From Eubacteriales bacterium (GTDB taxonomy: Bacteria > Bacillota > Clostridia > Oscillospirales > UMGS1783), in assembly GCA_045541395.1 (NCBI GenBank), contig JAZQIZ010000031.1, positions 3,519-67,518 on the forward strand: a DNA stretch of 64,000 nucleotides, given 5' to 3'. This document shows, one piece after another, positions 63,347 to 64,000 of this stretch (position 1 is the first letter of the stretch; each line of letters begins with the position of its first letter). The notes under the pieces are model-generated. The model was not told the DNA's origin. It searched no databases and saw only the letters and a program-made list of their open reading frames with translations. A program made the translations under genes and the position numbers.

Positions 63347-64000
63347 TTATTTATTTTTCAGGTCTGCTTTGGGGAAGTAGGTAATGCGAAGATTTGTACA
63401 GCCATAGGGTACTAAAGTCAGCGGCAGCTTATCGGTTACATACTGGTATTTTCCGTAAGGCTCGGTTGTTTTTTCGGGGTAAAGGGCGGTAAGGTAGGGC
63501 GCCTTATAGCAATGGGTATGAAGCTTTATGGGCGGGTTGCTCCAAACATAACCGTTTGGCTCGGTTTCTTCTATTTCAAAATCCTTTTCGTTTAATGCTT
63601 CGTCTAATGCAATATTCCAACTGAACTGATATCTTCTAAGACCTAACATTATATTATAATCGGTAACATCGGCTTCCTCGTATTTAGGATAAACATTGTA
63701 CCAGCTCCAACCCTCAGTCAAAGGCGTATTGGGTCTGCCCGCGGTTTTTTGCCAATCCTCGGGAATATGATAGGAATAAGTAAGAGGGCCGTATTTTATG
63801 GCAAGGGGGTATTTTGCACCTGCATCGGTATCATCTACGGTAATAACCTCAACGCCTGCCTTAAAGACTATTTTAACGGTATCGCCGCTATTCCACAAAC
63901 GTTTAATTTCGGCATAGCCGCTCATATTTTTATTGGCGGTTACTTTCTCACCGTTTACATATATTTCATAGTCTTTTGCCCACTGAGGAATTCTTAAATT
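63347..64000 (-). CDS. C-terminal part of a GH127-like (DUF1680, beta-L-arabinofuranosidase family) protein; 5' end outside the window
   Basis: The frame stays open upstream of the Met called in the track (NLRIPQWAKDYEIYVNGEKVTANKN-MSGYAEIKRLWNSGDTV...). It ends ...LTLVPYGCTNLRITYFP, a pattern I associate with GH127 C-terminal domains. Confidence 0.55.
   Translation of the reverse strand, partial: NLRIPQWAKDYEIYVNGEKVTANKNMSGYAEIKRLWNSGDTVKIVFKAGVEVITVDDTDAGAKYPLAIKYGPLTYSYHIPEDWQKTAGRPNTPLTEGWSWYNVYPKYEEADVTDYNIMLGLRRYQFSWNIALDEALNEKDFEIEETEPNGYVWSNPPIKLHTHCYKAPYLTALYPEKTTEPYGKYQYVTDKLPLTLVPYGCTNLRITYFPKADLKNK

Noticed and set aside
1-64000. Looked for CRISPR arrays, tRNA/rRNA genes, transposases, integrases, phage modules, toxin-antitoxin pairs and known defence-system signatures
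   Set aside because: I found no spaced direct-repeat arrays, no cloverleaf-like conserved tRNA motifs in intergenic regions, and no recombinase, transposase or defence-type ORFs. The repeats that exist are in-frame coding repeats, paralog duplications or short regulatory repeats.

Overview
This is a chromosomal window from a spore-forming Firmicute, probably Clostridia-like: it has spoVM, a SipL-like LysM protein, a T-box leader, lipobox lipoproteins and strong GGAGG ribosome-binding sites. Every call comes from reading the ORF track and the DNA by eye. No database search, HMM search or structure prediction was possible, so family names rest on motifs and are provisional.

Layout:
- 1-20.4 kb: housekeeping and catabolic genes. 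These are T-box-controlled thrS, a lipase-glpK-amidohydrolase operon, xth coupled to a GIY-YIG::HAD fusion, a NahK-like kinase, an AraC regulator, two mutarotase-type genes, spoVM and a sipL-like gene, sfsA, asnA and an Fe-ADH.
- 20.4-33 kb: a minus-strand glycan-utilisation locus. It runs LacI regulator, two surface proteins built from a repeated CBM-like module, a CBM4_9-like protein, then three tandem lipoprotein GH36-like hydrolases.
- 33-41 kb: queH, a YfcC-type carrier, a pflA-trx-pflB operon in which PFL is split into 675-aa and 77-aa pieces, a PHP phosphoesterase and a DagK-type lipid kinase.
- 41.4-49.8 kb: two cytoplasmic GH36-like enzymes with an esterase, a flavodoxin/ferredoxin-like protein, and deoD-deoB-cdd.
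- 49.8-55.3 kb: an operon of four lipoproteins (two WG-repeat proteins and two orphan PstS-like binders), preceded by three 11-bp direct repeats.
- 55.5-60.8 kb: a KDG-type operon (class II aldolase, kdgK, yhcH-like, eda, 2-hydroxyacid dehydrogenase) with a divergent LacI gene and a palindromic operator.
- 60.8-64 kb: copZ-copA and the 3' part of a GH127-like gene that runs off the window.

I saw no rRNA, tRNA, CRISPR array, transposase, integrase or phage genes.

The most interesting observations are:
- the clean fission of pyruvate formate-lyase;
- the surface-protein and triple-GH36 locus, with non-LPXTG sorting-type tails and twin operator-bearing consensus promoters;
- the four-lipoprotein operon;
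- the xth-GIY-YIG::HAD cassette.
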